From assembly GCA_035512955.1 (NCBI GenBank), contig DATKCZ010000023.1:15698-79697 (forward strand): DNA of 64,000 nt, read 5' to 3'. Positions 26,449 through 35,561 of the stretch are shown one piece after another (the first letter of the stretch is position 1; every line of letters starts with the position of its first letter). Under the pieces are notes generated by a model. The model did no database searches, had not been told where the DNA came from, and worked only from the letters and a program-made list of their open reading frames with translations. Position numbers and translations under genes: made by a program. The stretch comes from Acidimicrobiia bacterium. GTDB lineage: Bacteria > Actinomycetota > Acidimicrobiia > Spongiisociales > ZC4RG35.

Positions 26449-27216
26449 TCAGGACTCATCTTCGGGGTCCGCAGAGTCGTCAATCGAGGTCGAGGGGTTG
26501 GTGGCAGCGATCAAGACCACCGTCGAGCCTTCGGGGATCCCTTTTCTGATCAGCGCGTCGAGAACAAGGGCCTTCTCCGTCATGTCGACTCCACGACCCA
26601 GTCTCACCTGGTAGCTCATGACCGACGCCCATATCTCGTCTTGGTCGGTGGTGAGCACCGTGCCGGCCCGCAGACGGGCAGGCAGGGCCTCGACGAACTC
26701 CAGTGCCCCCAACAGGTCGGCCGATGCCGTCGTCCCGGCCTCGTCCGACAAGTGGGGCATCTGTATGCGTGCCATGTCGTCGTCAGGGGTGTCGGGAGAG
26801 GGCAGCGCCACCCCGTCAACGGCCCGTCTCGCCCAACCCTGCCCGTCCTCGACCCAGGCAACCGGCGTCCTCTCAACCACTTCGACCGAAACGACATCCG
26901 GCCAGTGCAGACCAACGGTGGCCTCGGCTACCCATGGATCGTCGAGCAGCGCCCTCTCCACGTGTGAAGCGGAGAGCCGGATCATCGGAGTGCCTGCGGT
27001 CACGCCTTGTTCAACCAGCAGGGAGTGGGTGTCACTCGCCACCACGCCGGTGGTCGTCACCTGGCTCACGCTCAGCCACGGTGAGAAAGCCACCCACACG
27101 ATGGCGCCGGCGACGACCAGCACCGCGATGAACTTGAGGAGACGGGTGACGTTTCTCTTGGCATTGTCCTCTGCGACGGTCTTGCGTCGCTCCATGAGTC
27201 TGGGATCGATACTCAT
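26449..27216 (-). CDS. ftsQ: Cell division protein FtsQ/DivIB
   Basis: N-terminal cytoplasmic tail plus a single TM (LLKFIAVLVVAGAIVWVAF), then a POTRA-like domain. Positioned between murB and ftsZ. Confidence 0.7.
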   Translation of the reverse strand: MSIDPRLMERRKTVAEDNAKRNVTRLLKFIAVLVVAGAIVWVAFSPWLSVSQVTTTGVVASDTHSLLVEQGVTAGTPMIRLSASHVERALLDDPWVAEATVGLHWPDVVSVEVVERTPVAWVEDGQGWARRAVDGVALPSPDTPDDDMARIQMPHLSDEAGTTASADLLGALEFVEALPARLRAGTVLTTDQDEIWASVMSYQVRLGRGVDMTEKALVLDALIRKGIPEGSTVVLIAATNPSTSIDDSADPEDES

Positions 27217-28112
27217 TGCTCAAACCCAACGAACTGGATTTCATTCTCCAGCATGGTCCCCGTGCGTTGGAACACGGTGTCTTTGACCAACTCGACCAGA
27301 CGGAGAATGTCAGCCGAGGTCGCCCCGGGACCGGCCACGAAGAAGTTGGCGTGCTTGTCGGAGACGGCGACGTCGCCGATTCGCGTCCCTTTGAGGCCGA
27401 GATGATCGATCAACTCACCGGCGGTGATGTCCGACGGGTTCTTGAAGACGCTCCCGGCGTTGAGGGTCCCTCCAGGCTGATGGTCACGCCGCCAGCGCGT
27501 GATATCCCGCAACTTCTCCTTGCCGGTCTCCAGGTCACCCTGCACCCCTTGGAAGGAGGCGGAGACCACGAGGTCTCCGGAAGCGACGTTGGATTGCCGG
27601 TAGCCGAGCTCGAGGGACTCGGCATCCCGCTCCTCGGTCTCACCGGTGTGCAAGTCCACGACCAGTGCCGTGGTGAGCCGATCCCCCGTCTCGGTGCCGA
27701 AGCAGCCGGCGTTCTGGCGCACCGCTCCCCCGACCGATCCCGGGACTCCCACGAAGAATTCGAGGCCGAGGACTCGGGCCTCCACTGCCTGCCGGGCGAG
27801 ACGGGGCAGGGGAACGGCCGCACCCGCCTCAACGAGCTGCCCGGTGATCCCGACCATCATGAAGTCCCCGCCCAGCTTGATGACGAGCCCGTCGAATCCG
27901 GCGTCGGCGACGACCAGGTTTGAGCCCCGACCGAGGACCAGGAGATCTTGGTCCCTGGTCAATCCGCTGTGGATGAGACTGGTGAGCTCGTCGGTCGATC
28001 CAACCTCGGCATAGAGAGAAGCGGGCCCGCCTGCCTTGTAGGTGGTCAGCGGTCCCAGCGGGACGTCGCGCCGCACTATCCCCGCATCCACGAGCTGATC
28101 GACGGTGCTCAT
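27213..28112 (-). CDS. murB: UDP-N-acetylenolpyruvoylglucosamine reductase
   Basis: FAD-binding domain: PLGPLTTYKAGGPA, LVLGRGSNLVVAD and a C-terminal MurB domain. ATGA overlap with ftsQ. Confidence 0.85.
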   Translation of the reverse strand: MSTVDQLVDAGIVRRDVPLGPLTTYKAGGPASLYAEVGSTDELTSLIHSGLTRDQDLLVLGRGSNLVVADAGFDGLVIKLGGDFMMVGITGQLVEAGAAVPLPRLARQAVEARVLGLEFFVGVPGSVGGAVRQNAGCFGTETGDRLTTALVVDLHTGETEERDAESLELGYRQSNVASGDLVVSASFQGVQGDLETGKEKLRDITRWRRDHQPGGTLNAGSVFKNPSDITAGELIDHLGLKGTRIGDVAVSDKHANFFVAGPGATSADILRLVELVKDTVFQRTGTMLENEIQFVGFEQ

Positions 28113-29467
28113 GTGTTCGATCCCAGGATCGGGGCCAGCTCGTTGTGGAGAAGGGTGATGTCGCCGGCACCCATGCTCAACACGAGGTCCCCTGGCTCGA
28201 CACGAGGCGCCAGGTACTCGGCGAGGTCGACGCGGTGAGCCACGTAGTGGACCTCTGCCCCATTGTCCCGCGCCGCCTCGGCCACCAGCTCGCCGGTGAT
28301 CCCTGGCACAGGCTCCTCGCGGCCCCCGAAGACGTCGGTCACCACCACCACATCCGCCCGGGCCAGGGCCTCACCGAACTCACGGCTGAACCGCTCGGTC
28401 CGGGTGTAGAGATGCGGCTGGAAAACCGCCCAGATCCGGCCGTGGGCGGTCCCCGCCGCGGCCTCGATCACCGCGCCGACCTCGGTCGGGTGATGCGCGT
28501 AGTCGTCGTAGAGCATGACGCCGCCCACCGTCCCCTTGTGCTCCCAACGCCGCCCCACCCCACGGAAGGCCGACATCCCGGCGGCCGCCGACTCGAGGTC
28601 CCGACCCAGCTCGACCAGCAGCGCCACGGCTCCCGCCGCATTCTGGGCGAGATGACGACCCGGCTGTGACAGCTCGACTTGGGCCCTCTCCCCGCCCCCT
28701 TCCAGCACGAATGACAGCCCTCGGGGCCCGGTGGCCAGCTCGGTGATCCTCCAGTCCGCCCTCTCGTCGAACCCATAGGTGCGGGTGCCGACCGCCTCGG
28801 CGACCTGGGCCGAGCCCTGGTCGTCGAGACAGGCGACGACCGGGCCGTCGACTCCCCGGGCCACCCCCACGAAGCTTTCGACCAACTCATCCGCTGACTC
28901 GAAGTGATCCACGTGCTCGTGCTCGACGTTGGTCACCACCAGACCATGGAGGTTGAGGCTCTCGAATGTCCGGAACGCCTCATCGGCCTCCAGCACCAGG
29001 AGATCGGTGCTCCCGTAGTGCCCATTGGTGTGCAAATCGAGGAGCTCCCCACCCACCACGAACCAGGGATCCTCCCCCATCTCCCGCAAAGCTGTCACCA
29101 ACAAGGCGGTCGTGGTGGTCTTCCCATGTGTCCCGGTGGCCCCGATCGTGGGGACCTCGGCGGTCAACGCGGCGAGGAGCTCTGGGCGTCGCCAGACGGT
29201 GATCCCTTGCCGGCGTGCCGCTCTCAGCTCCTCGTCGTAGTCGGGGACGGCCGAAGACGCCACCACCAGGCTGGACCCACTGACGGCATCCGGATGGTGG
29301 CCGATGGAGACGTCGATGTCGAGATAGGCCAGCGCATCGAGGGAAGCCCCTCCCCTGAGGTCCGACCCCGAGACCTGGTGGCCCTTGGCCACCAAGAGCT
29401 TGGCCAGGGCGCTCATCCCTACACCTCCGACACCGACTAGATGTATCCGGCCTCCCGGGACACTCAT
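28109..29467 (-). CDS. murC: UDP-N-acetylmuramate--L-alanine ligase
   Basis: IHLVGVGGVGMSALAKLL, the Mur ligase P-loop GTHGKTTTTAL and DDYAHHPTE. Start reassigned to MSVPGG (ATG rc 29465-29467). The track N-extension is an Arg/Gly-rich artifact. Confidence 0.9.
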   Translation of the reverse strand: MSVPGGRIHLVGVGGVGMSALAKLLVAKGHQVSGSDLRGGASLDALAYLDIDVSIGHHPDAVSGSSLVVASSAVPDYDEELRAARRQGITVWRRPELLAALTAEVPTIGATGTHGKTTTTALLVTALREMGEDPWFVVGGELLDLHTNGHYGSTDLLVLEADEAFRTFESLNLHGLVVTNVEHEHVDHFESADELVESFVGVARGVDGPVVACLDDQGSAQVAEAVGTRTYGFDERADWRITELATGPRGLSFVLEGGGERAQVELSQPGRHLAQNAAGAVALLVELGRDLESAAAGMSAFRGVGRRWEHKGTVGGVMLYDDYAHHPTEVGAVIEAAAGTAHGRIWAVFQPHLYTRTERFSREFGEALARADVVVVTDVFGGREEPVPGITGELVAEAARDNGAEVHYVAHRVDLAEYLAPRVEPGDLVLSMGAGDITLLHNELAPILGSNT

Positions 29468-30543
29468 CGGATCGTCTCGATCATCGTCCGGGCGATGGTA
29501 CGGGCCGCCTCGGGCTTGGCGATTGCCCTGGTGGCGGCGGACATGGTCGCCAGGAGCCCGGGCCCGGTGAGGAGAGAGGTCAGCACCGAGCCGAGCCCGG
29601 CGAGCTCCTCCTGTTCCAACACCAGAGCGGCCCCGGTCTCTTCCAGAACGCGGGCGTTGCCGCTCTGATGCCCGCCGGATCCGAATCGGCCGGGCACCAG
29701 AATCGCCGGAGTCCCGGTGGCGGTCAGCTCGGCCACCGCCCCTCCGGCTCGTGAGACGACGACGTCTGAGACGGCATAGAACCGCTCCATGCTCTCCTCG
29801 AACCCGATGCGCCGCCACACCACGCCCGCGCCGGGGGTGCGGGTGGACATCGTCTCGAGGTGGGTCGGCCCGGTGAGATGGACGACCTGGAGCGGGGGGC
29901 CGTCCCAGGTCCCGAGCATCGTGGCCACCGCCTCGTTGATCGACGACGCCCCCAACGATCCTCCGAACACCCCGACCACAAAGGTGTCCGCGGACAGCCC
30001 GTAGTCCTCCAGGCCGTGAGGACGCAGCCTTGCCCTGTCGAAAGACCAGAAAACCTTACGAACCGGGTTGCCCACCCAGCGTCCGCCGGGGAGCCCACCC
30101 GTCCGAGGGAAGGAGACGAAACTCTCCCGTGCCCAACGGGCGGTCACCTTGTTGGCGAGACCGGCTTCGGCGTTCTGCTCGGCATTGAAGAAGGGGACCC
30201 GGTTGCGCCGGGCGGCGAGCGCCGCGGGGATGGTCACATAGCCGCCCATCCCCAGGACGACGCCGGTGCCGAGTTTGGCCATCTCCTCGGAGATTCGACG
30301 CCGCGCCCTGATCACCACGGCCGGGATCCGAGCATTGCTCATGCTGAGCGACCTTTTCAACCCGGCCAGCTCGATCTGGAGAAAGCGAAAGCCGTGACCC
30401 GGGTAGATGGTCGACTCCAGGCGGTCACCACCCACATAGACGATCTCGTCACTGCCAACCCCGAGGTCGAGAAGTGCCTCGCCCACCGACAGGCCGGGGA
30501 ACACATGACCACCGGTGCCCGCGGCCGCGATGAGAAAGGTCAT
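29464..30543 (-). CDS. murG: Undecaprenyldiphospho-muramoylpentapeptide beta-N-acetylglucosaminyltransferase
   Basis: MTFLIAAAGTGGHVFPGLSV is a MurG N-terminal G-loop. C-terminal GT-B domain. The 810-aa track ORF is an upstream extension over ftsW in another frame. Real start is ATG rc 30541-30543 (ATGA overlap with the ftsW stop). Confidence 0.9.
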   Translation of the reverse strand: MTFLIAAAGTGGHVFPGLSVGEALLDLGVGSDEIVYVGGDRLESTIYPGHGFRFLQIELAGLKRSLSMSNARIPAVVIRARRRISEEMAKLGTGVVLGMGGYVTIPAALAARRNRVPFFNAEQNAEAGLANKVTARWARESFVSFPRTGGLPGGRWVGNPVRKVFWSFDRARLRPHGLEDYGLSADTFVVGVFGGSLGASSINEAVATMLGTWDGPPLQVVHLTGPTHLETMSTRTPGAGVVWRRIGFEESMERFYAVSDVVVSRAGGAVAELTATGTPAILVPGRFGSGGHQSGNARVLEETGAALVLEQEELAGLGSVLTSLLTGPGLLATMSAATRAIAKPEAARTIARTMIETIR

Positions 30544-31712
30544 GCCTTGCGGTCGATACCGCTCTGGGCGATGTTGACGAGGATGCCGACGGCTCCCATG
30601 GAGACGGCCAGCGCGGTCGACCCGTAGGACACGAAAGGCAGGGCGATACCGGTGATGGGGACCACACCGAGGACCCCGCCGATGTTCACCAGGGCCTGAA
30701 ACGAGAGCCAAACGGTTATCCCCGCTGCCACCATCCGGCCGAACCGGTCGGGAGCGCGAGCAGCGACTACCCAGCCGGCGACGGCGAGGGCGATGAACAG
30801 ACCGATCACCGTCATCCCCCCGATCAACCCGGTCTCTTCCCCGATGATGGCGAAGATGAAGTCGGTGTGGGCATTGGGCAGATAGAACCATCTCGCCCGG
30901 GAGGCCCCTAGCCCCACCCCGAAGATCCCACCGTTCCCCAAGGCGTAGTAACTCTGGATCACCTGATACCCGTCTCCACTGGGATCGGCGTAGGGGTCGA
31001 GAAACGAGTCGATCCGACTCGCCCGGTAGTCGGCGTCGAACGCGAAGTAGGTCGCGGCGAGGATGGCGACCAGACCGATGACGAGAACGAACTTCATCGG
31101 TGCGTCGCTGGCGACGATCACCGCCATGGCCGCCGCACCGATCACGATCAAGGTCCCCAGATCGGGCTGACGGATGATGAGTATCCCGACGATGCCGAGG
31201 GTTACGGCGACCGGGACCATGAAATGGCCGAACCTGGTGAGGAGCTTGTGCTTGCGCTCCAGGAGGAAAGCCAACACGAAGACCACCGCCACCTTCGCCA
31301 ACTCCGCGGGCTGGAACGAGGTGAGACCGGGGACGCTGAGCCAGCGAGTGGCCCCGCCTTCGGTGATGCCCCCGAGCTCGACGGCAACCAGCAACCCTAC
31401 GGTGAGCAAGAACACCGGCACGGCGAGCTTGCGATAGAACCGATAGGGAACCCGTGATGCGATCAGAAGCGCCAGCGTCCCCAGACCGACACCGATGAGT
31501 TGCCGTTTGACGAAGTGCCATTGGTCCTGCGCCTCGGTCTGGCTGAGAGCGACGGCCGAGGAGGCCGACATGGTCACTCCCAGCCCCACCACCACGAGGA
31601 CTACCACCAGCACCAGCAGGGTGGTCATCGCCCGGTCGTTGACCTGCTGACGGGCGATCCTGTCCCGAGCCGCCGCCCGCACCTTGGCCAGCGATGTCAC
31701 ATTGGCGGTCAC
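30540..31712 (-). CDS. ftsW: Peptidoglycan glycosyltransferase FtsW (SEDS family)
   Basis: 10-TM SEDS protein with conserved LPNAHTDFIF and GGMTVIGLF motifs. Confidence 0.9.
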   Translation of the reverse strand: MTANVTSLAKVRAAARDRIARQQVNDRAMTTLLVLVVVLVVVGLGVTMSASSAVALSQTEAQDQWHFVKRQLIGVGLGTLALLIASRVPYRFYRKLAVPVFLLTVGLLVAVELGGITEGGATRWLSVPGLTSFQPAELAKVAVVFVLAFLLERKHKLLTRFGHFMVPVAVTLGIVGILIIRQPDLGTLIVIGAAAMAVIVASDAPMKFVLVIGLVAILAATYFAFDADYRASRIDSFLDPYADPSGDGYQVIQSYYALGNGGIFGVGLGASRARWFYLPNAHTDFIFAIIGEETGLIGGMTVIGLFIALAVAGWVVAARAPDRFGRMVAAGITVWLSFQALVNIGGVLGVVPITGIALPFVSYGSTALAVSMGAVGILVNIAQSGIDRKA

Positions 31713-33002
31713 GGTTGGCTGCCCTCCAGTCTCTCCTTGACCAGTTCGGTGAAACGATCACCTCGCGCCCCGTATGACTCGAACTGATCGAAGCTTGCAC
31801 AACCCGGGGCCAACAGGACCGTGTCCCCGGGGTGGGCCGCGTTCGCCGCCACCTCGACCGCGATCTCCAGGGTCCCGGCGAGACGACCTCTCTCACCAGC
31901 GGCCTCGACGAGGGCTGGGCCGGCTTCCCCGATCCCGATCACCATGCGGACGTTGTCCTCTTCGGTCAAGGTGCTGAGATCGACTCCCTTGGCCAGACCA
32001 CCCGCAATCAGGATCACCGGCCCATGCGCCCTCACCGAGGCAACCGCGGCGTGCGGGTTGGTGGCCTTCGAGTCGTTCACCCACGTCACCCCGTCCGCCT
32101 CACCGATGAGGGTGCGTCGATGCACACCCGGCCGGTAGGCGATGGCCCCGGCGGCCACCCCTTCGGCAGTGGCCCCGACCCGGAGGGCGAGGGCCGCGGC
32201 ACAGGCCAGATTGACCAGGTGTGTCGGGTCGTCCGAGACCAGGTCTGTGGTGTCGACCGCCACCTCCCCGACCAGGAGACTCTTCCCGTCGTAGCCCCCG
32301 CCCCCTTCGGGGACTCGTCGACCGGAGACCGGGTAGAGCTCGGCAACCGCATCGGCGGCGAGCTTGGAGGCGCCCTCGTCGTCGATGTCATAGACGAGGA
32401 GGTCGCTTGCCGTCTGGTTGGCGTAGATGCGTGCCTTGGCCTCGCGATACGAATAGGCGGAGCCGTGCCAGTCGAGATGGTCGACCGCCACGTTGGTGAT
32501 CGCCGCCGCCACCGGGTGGAACTCCTCGGTGAAGCGAAGCTGAAAGCTGGACACCTCGACCACGAGGACGTCGTAGCGGGTGTCGGTGAAGTCGGAGAGC
32601 GGGGCCCCGATGTTCCCCGTCGCCGGAGCCTCGAGACCTGAGGCGCTGAGCATCGCGGCGGCGGCTTCAGTCACGCTGGTCTTGCCGTTGGTCCCGGTCA
32701 CCGCGACCACCGGCCTGGAGAGATGTCGATAGGCGAACTCGATCTCACTCCAGATGGGCACACCCCTCTCCAAGGTCTCGACCACCGGTCGGGACCTCTC
32801 GGAGAACCCCGGGCTGGCGACGACGAGGTCGATTCCCTCGAGAAGGACAGGGTCCCAGCTGCCCGCGGCGGTGCCAAAGCCTTCGATCCCCCCGGCGGGT
32901 GGCCTCTCGTCGTAGACGGTGACCGTCATGCCCCTTCTCCTGGCGAGACGGGCCGCGGCCAGCCCTGACACGCCGGCTCCGAGGATGAGGACCCGGCTCA
33001 CA
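31709..33002 (-). CDS. murD: UDP-N-acetylmuramoylalanine--D-glutamate ligase
   Basis: VLILGAGVSG Rossmann N-terminus, GTNGKTSVT P-loop and VNDSKATNP. Start GTG rc 33000-33002, overlapping the mraY stop (GTGA). Confidence 0.85.
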
Positions 33003-34074
33003 AGATGCCCTCCAGTCGGAGGAAGTCCGCATAGAAGAGTCCTAGACCCAAGGCCACCCCGATCCCGGTGAGAATCCAGAATCGCATCACCACCGTGGTC
33101 TCCGGCCATCCGCCGAGGTCGAAGTGGAAGTGAAGCGGTGACATGCGCAGCACCCGTCTGCCGGTCAGTCTGAAACTGGCCACCTGGAGGATCACCGAGA
33201 GGGTCTCGGCCACGAATATCGCGCCGACCAGGGCGAGGAGGAGGTGGGTGTTGGTGAGAAGGGCGAGCGCCGCCAGCAGACCCCCGATGCCCTGGCTGCC
33301 CACGTCACCCATGAAGATCTTCGCCGGCGGGGCGTTCCACCACAGAAACCCGAGGAGGGCCCCGAACATCGCCGCCGAGATCATCGCCAGCTCCAGGGGG
33401 GAGAGAGCCGAATAGATCGCATCGGGCCGAAACTCTGCCGAGTTCCTGAACTGCCAAAAGGCGATGATGGTGTAGGCGCCGACGACCAGCGCAGAAGAGC
33501 CACCGGCGAGACCATCCATCCCGTCGGCGAGATTCACCCCGTTGGCCGCCCCGGTGAGCATGAGCAGCACCCAGACCACGAAAAAGATCCCCAGGTCGAA
33601 CTGGGCCCCGAGGGGCCTCACGAAGGACACCTGGGTGACGATCCCGGCCTCGGTTGCCCCGTAGGCGAACAGGGCCGCGATGGCGAGCTGGCCGCCGAAC
33701 TTGGCGGTCTTGGAGAGACCGAGGCTCCGTTGTCTCGTGTACTTGACCCAGTCGTCGAGGAACCCGACCAGCGCCATGCCCACCAAGGCGAGCACCGCCA
33801 GCCAGCCACCGGCCCCAGGCTCAGCCCATTCAAACGTGAAGCCGGTGGCCGCCGTCCACAGCCTCAAGTGAGCGAGGAACCAACCGACCACAGCCGCCCC
33901 GACGAAGACGACACCCCCCATCGTCGGTGTCCCCTGCTTGTGGGCGTGCTGACCCTGGATGTCTTCCTGGATGAACTGGCCAATCTCCCGCCTGCGCAGC
34001 AGACGGATCGCATAAGGCGTGCCGAATATCGACAGCAAGAGTCCGAGGGCCGCGGCGACCAACAGGGCGATCAC
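32998..34074 (-). CDS. mraY: Phospho-N-acetylmuramoyl-pentapeptide transferase
   Basis: 10-TM protein with conserved PTMGG, NLADGMDGLAGG and the HHFH-like region (LHFHF). Confidence 0.9.
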   Translation of the reverse strand: MIALLVAAALGLLLSIFGTPYAIRLLRRREIGQFIQEDIQGQHAHKQGTPTMGGVVFVGAAVVGWFLAHLRLWTAATGFTFEWAEPGAGGWLAVLALVGMALVGFLDDWVKYTRQRSLGLSKTAKFGGQLAIAALFAYGATEAGIVTQVSFVRPLGAQFDLGIFFVVWVLLMLTGAANGVNLADGMDGLAGGSSALVVGAYTIIAFWQFRNSAEFRPDAIYSALSPLELAMISAAMFGALLGFLWWNAPPAKIFMGDVGSQGIGGLLAALALLTNTHLLLALVGAIFVAETLSVILQVASFRLTGRRVLRMSPLHFHFDLGGWPETTVVMRFWILTGIGVALGLGLFYADFLRLEGIL

Positions 34075-35561
34075 GGTGACATGCTCCCCGATCGCCCCCG
34101 GTAATCCGGGGACTTCCGACGTCGGGTCAGGGCCTCGGCGGCAACCTCCCTGTCGTCGAAGGGCACCATCTCCGAGCCGAGGTCCTGGGTCGGCTCGTGA
34201 CCTCGTCCCAGGATGAGCACCACGTCGCCGTCCTTGGCCGCTTCGACCGCGGTGGCGATCGCCTGGCGGCGATCGACCTCGATCACCGGCTCCACCCGGG
34301 GATCGACCCCGGAGGCCACCGCCGCCACGATGTCCGCCGGGTCCTCGCTGCGGGGGTTGTCGCTGGTGATCACGGCCACATCGGCCCTGGAGATGGCCGA
34401 GCCCATGGCGGGGCGCTTCTCGCGGTCGCGATCCCCCCCGGCGCCGATCAGGCCGATGACCCGCCCACCGGTGAGGCGACGACCGGTCTCGACCGCTCTG
34501 GCCACGCCCTCGGGGGTGTGGGCGTAGTCGACGATCACGGTTATCGGGTCGTCACCGGAGACGACTTCGAACCGGCCGGGGACACCGGCCACCCGGCTCA
34601 TCCCCGCGACCACGTCGCCGAAGTCGATCCCGACCACCAGACAACACGATGCCGCCACCAATAGGTTGGACACATTGAACTCACCCAGGACCGGGGCCTC
34701 CACGGTGGTCGCGCCCCACTCCGAGTCGAGTCGGAACCTGGTCCCTCCCGGATAGGGCTCGATGTGGCTAGCCGCCACGTCGCCGTCCCGGCCCACGGTC
34801 ACCAGTCGGCCCTGGTACCAAGAGGCGAGCCGGGCCCCGGTCGGGTCGTCGACGTTGATCACGGCGGCGCCCACGTCGTACTGGGTGAACAGACGCTCCT
34901 TGGCGGCGCGATATGCGCTCATGTCACCGTGGAAGTCGAGATGGTCCTGAGAGAGGTTGGTGAAGGCGGCGACGGCGAACCTGGTCCCCTCGACCCGTCC
35001 CAGGGCGAGGGCGTGCGACGAGACCTCGACTGCTACCAGTGAGACGCCCCGGTCCCGCATCTCGGCGAAGAGACGCTGCAGCTCCGACGCCTCCGGGGTG
35101 GTCAGCGTGGCCGGCAACGACACTCCCCCCACCCGGGTGTGGACCGTCCCGACCAGGCCTGCCACGGCCCCGGCGTCTCCGGCAATCGACTCCACATAGT
35201 GGGTCACCGTGGTCTTTCCGTTGGTCCCGGTCACCCCGATGACGTCGAGTGAGCCCGACGGATCGTCGTGCACCGCCGATGCCAGGGCGCCGAGCACGGC
35301 CCGGGTGTCGTCGACCACCAGCTCCGGCACGGTGGCGGCCGTGGCATGGTCGACACACACTGCCTCCGCCCCCGACTCGATCGCCGCCGACACGAATCGG
35401 TGCCCGTCGGCCCGCAATCCCCTGATGGCGACGTACATCGCCCCCGGGCCAACCGAACGGGAGTCATGGGTGACATCGGTGATGACCGGGTCTGCATCAC
35501 CGATGACCGACCCGCCTATCCGTGCGGCGAGCGCGGACAGGGCCTTACCCTTGCTCGCCAT
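34071..35561 (-). CDS. murE: UDP-N-acetylmuramoyl-L-alanyl-D-glutamate--2,6-diaminopimelate ligase (MurE), not MurF
   Basis: GVTGTNGKTT P-loop, plus the MurE-diagnostic DYAHTPEGV, ITSDNPRSEDP (DNPR motif) and GRGHE. It lacks the MurF signatures (DSYNANP, GDMLELG). Confidence 0.85.
   Translation of the reverse strand: MASKGKALSALAARIGGSVIGDADPVITDVTHDSRSVGPGAMYVAIRGLRADGHRFVSAAIESGAEAVCVDHATAATVPELVVDDTRAVLGALASAVHDDPSGSLDVIGVTGTNGKTTVTHYVESIAGDAGAVAGLVGTVHTRVGGVSLPATLTTPEASELQRLFAEMRDRGVSLVAVEVSSHALALGRVEGTRFAVAAFTNLSQDHLDFHGDMSAYRAAKERLFTQYDVGAAVINVDDPTGARLASWYQGRLVTVGRDGDVAASHIEPYPGGTRFRLDSEWGATTVEAPVLGEFNVSNLLVAASCCLVVGIDFGDVVAGMSRVAGVPGRFEVVSGDDPITVIVDYAHTPEGVARAVETGRRLTGGRVIGLIGAGGDRDREKRPAMGSAISRADVAVITSDNPRSEDPADIVAAVASGVDPRVEPVIEVDRRQAIATAVEAAKDGDVVLILGRGHEPTQDLGSEMVPFDDREVAAEALTRRRKSPDYRGRSGSMSP

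Noticed and set aside
29464-31896. 810-aa ORF apparently fusing murG to a long N-terminal domain
   Set aside because: The N-terminal 450 aa are an Arg/Gly/Pro-rich read-through across ftsW (which is coded in another frame, 30540-31712). The real murG start is MTFLIAAAGTGG at 30543.
34071-35561. Calling this gene murF on positional grounds (next to mraY)
   Set aside because: Its motifs (DYAHTPEG, DNPRSEDP, GRGHE) are MurE-specific. No MurF signatures are present.
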